Shown here one piece after another: positions 61,578 through 64,000 of a stretch of 64,000 nt of DNA; position 1 is the stretch's first letter, and each line of letters begins with the position of its first letter. Below the pieces are notes generated by a model. That model made no database searches. It had not been told where the DNA came from and saw only the letters and a program-made list of their open reading frames with translations. Made by a program: the position numbers and the translations under genes. The stretch is from Ginglymostoma cirratum. Taxonomy: Eukaryota. The DNA lies in contig JAHRHZ010000059.1 of assembly GCA_024137785.1 (NCBI GenBank), positions 2,396,952 through 2,460,951 of the forward strand, given 5' to 3'.

Positions 61578-64000
61578 GTCAATGGTTTCAATAATTGCTG
61601 TCACCTTGTAACTTTGTGGTGGACTAATAGTGAGATATCCGGGAGCAGTTCTATGGGGTACCTGGCAGAATCTACTTGCCAGGCTTTTTCACAGGAGTTT
61701 AAACATCAAAAGGTAAAGAAGACACAGTGTTGAAATTTCTTCTGCAGGGTGACAGCATGTTGGTTTCGACTCATGATATGCCATAATAAAGTTCCGGGTC
61801 TCAAGGTTGCAGAAAAGGAAGTGGCATTGAGGAGCTAGAAGTTAACTCTTATTGACCTGTTATAACACACTAAGACTCAATTTTGACTCTGATAAATATC
61901 TAAAAATTTTCCTGGTAGCTACCTAAAACATCCTTAGATATATAAACATGAGTTGTAATAGCATGCTTTGGTCCCCTCAGAAATTGGGCTGAAATGAGGG
62001 GATAAACATTAGCTTTCATGGTTGTTATAATGCTCTCTCCTCATCATCACCTCCCCACCCATTATCACTTTCACACGTCTTCCTTTCATGTTTCTGTTGA
62101 TGAAGCAAGAATCCTAATGTTTGCTGATATAAATGCACAAACTATGTTTGAAGACATAATGGAGGTGACAAGTCAAAAATTTCCCTTTTGTGATGCCTGA
62201 GGCTCAATTTCAGGTCAGCCTCTTAGTTGGAATTTGCACATAAACCAATGCTGGGCTTGAAAATAGGCTGAGATAAATTTCCACTTCGAGATGTTTCTCG
62301 ACAGGAGATAAAGACATTCACCCTAAACTGTCCATGTACCTCTCAACGGACGTACTCAAGACTATGGTCCTTGCTGGAGATAGAGACTAATATTTAGGTG
62401 GTGATGGGAGTTGGAATGGTGTAGGTTCGTGTGGGGATAAACAAGGAAATCTAAAGAGACAGAATGGAAAATTAATCGGAAGGTTTAGGAAATGAGGATC
62501 ACCATTTGCAAATCCATGCTTAAAGGATAAAAGTGACTATTAGTTGTGCCATTGTTTGGACATGACTCCATATCAAATTCTTATCTCCACCCTGTTAACG
62601 GATGCTTAATCCATTAATAGCTCTGATAAAATAGCAGTGAGAGAAATTCTTCTGAGCACATTGTGCTGATATGACAAGGTGGCTGGGAATAATTTCCACC
62701 CTGACATAACGTGTATAATTTAGGCACAATAAGAATTTTGGTGATATTCGTGGGCCTTGTGGTTCCATGATTTTTAAGTGAAGTAATTCCATGTAAATTT
62801 TATAAGTACAAAATACAGCTCACAGTCAAAAGTAGAGTGGTTCACTGAAAAACAAATTTATGAATGACACGTTTCTGATCTCATTCAATTATTTATTTTT
62901 CAGTACATCACAACTCCCTTTCATTGTTCTTTTATACAAATGATCAGAGAGAAGGATAGAAGGGTGGGGCTCAGTGAACAAGGAATGCAGTGACACTACT
63001 TCAGGTTTTTCAACCATTTCAGACCATGTGAAGACATTTCCTTTTCCCAGTGATCTCATTTCAGTGTTGCATCTAATTGACACAGGATTTCATATTTCAG
63101 TGACCACATAGATTCCATGCGCATTGAAACAGTTGAAGAAGAAGCATCTTTGCCTGGCCTTGTGTAAGCTAGATTGAGAACTAACTCTTTAACTGAGTTG
63201 TTGTATAATTAAAAATCTAGAACAAGAAAGTTGTGCAGAACCTCCATTTTTAAGATTTGGTTTATGAGACAGCAAGAAAATAGAAGCAACAAATCAAATC
63301 AATAGATGGAAATAAGAAGCATGTTGTATGATAACGCAAATACATCACCACTCTCAATTCTGTAACACATATCAGCTGGATTTTTAATTAGGGTGCAGGC
63401 ACACAATGAAAATTGCAATCTCGGATAGTGTCACTAGAACACTAAACACTACAAAGTAAAGGCATAAACAGGGAGCCAGCAATTTGGACATCTCCGATTG
63501 ACACCTTGCTGAGCTCATTAACAATCTTTGGGGCAGCAGTTTGAGAAGCAATGGAATACGAAGGGTATGGGATATGTTACTTTATTGCTGTCATGAGCAC
63601 AGTGTGAAGCTGGGTGGGCTCATGAATGCATGTTGAACAGTTCAAAGAAAGGGGAGATTTAACCTGGACAAGTTGCACAGAGTTTGCCAACATTGGTAAT
63701 GAGGGTTTTGCGTTTTAAGCAATGACTTGTTGGGCTCATGAAAGGATGTGAAAATGCTGGCATCACTTACGTATCAGGTGAGTGGACAAAGCTGTGGTCA
63801 ACCAACAAGGATGAGCTGAAGGAATTGAGACAGGAGAAAACTGTGAGGAGGAGCTTCAGCTGATGTAGTTTCATTATCTTGTTGGCTAAGACGTATTGCT
63901 GTTAGATAAAAGAAAGCTTCTCGTAACTGAAATGTTTCAATATAAGAAAATATTGCATTTTACTGAATTGTACTGAATGTTACTGTTTTTTTCCTGCTTA

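Noticed and set aside
63640-63865. Possible further exon (ELKELRQEK-like coil, caggtgag site)
   Set aside because: No match to FILIP1 sequence that I recognise and no coherent acceptor/donor pair

Overview
Repeat-dense vertebrate intronic DNA, almost certainly a shark or other elasmobranch (inferred from HE1-type V-SINEs, CR1/HER1-type LINEs and Deu-domain SINEs). The only host coding sequence I can support is the first coding exon of FILIP1 (+ strand, CDS 15118-15384, AG/GT-flanked); no later FILIP1 exon was recognised. The rest is CR1, CR1-group, L2 and Rex1-like LINE fragments, tRNA-derived SINEs, decayed PIF/Harbinger transposase remnants, two probable solo LTRs, a tRNA-Asn half, a (TG)31 microsatellite and three assembly gaps. 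Two signals stand out. (1) A Penelope-like element (PLE) system: one near-complete Neptune-type element (18076-20474, 16-bp TSD) and many ORF-less 130-300 bp mini-elements derived from PLE termini. Most are asymmetric fold-backs flanked by 11-15 bp TSDs, and many carry a minimal hammerhead-ribozyme-like core whose stem II covaries between subfamilies. One copy (48459-48743) has two cores 179 nt apart and an inverted copy of its own flank. (2) A ~1.5 kb inversion with inverted duplications at both breakpoints (12582-14945) just upstream of the FILIP1 exon. PLE hammerheads are a known class; ribozyme activity and novelty of these particular families are untested inferences. All alignments were made by eye and repeat boundaries are approximate.
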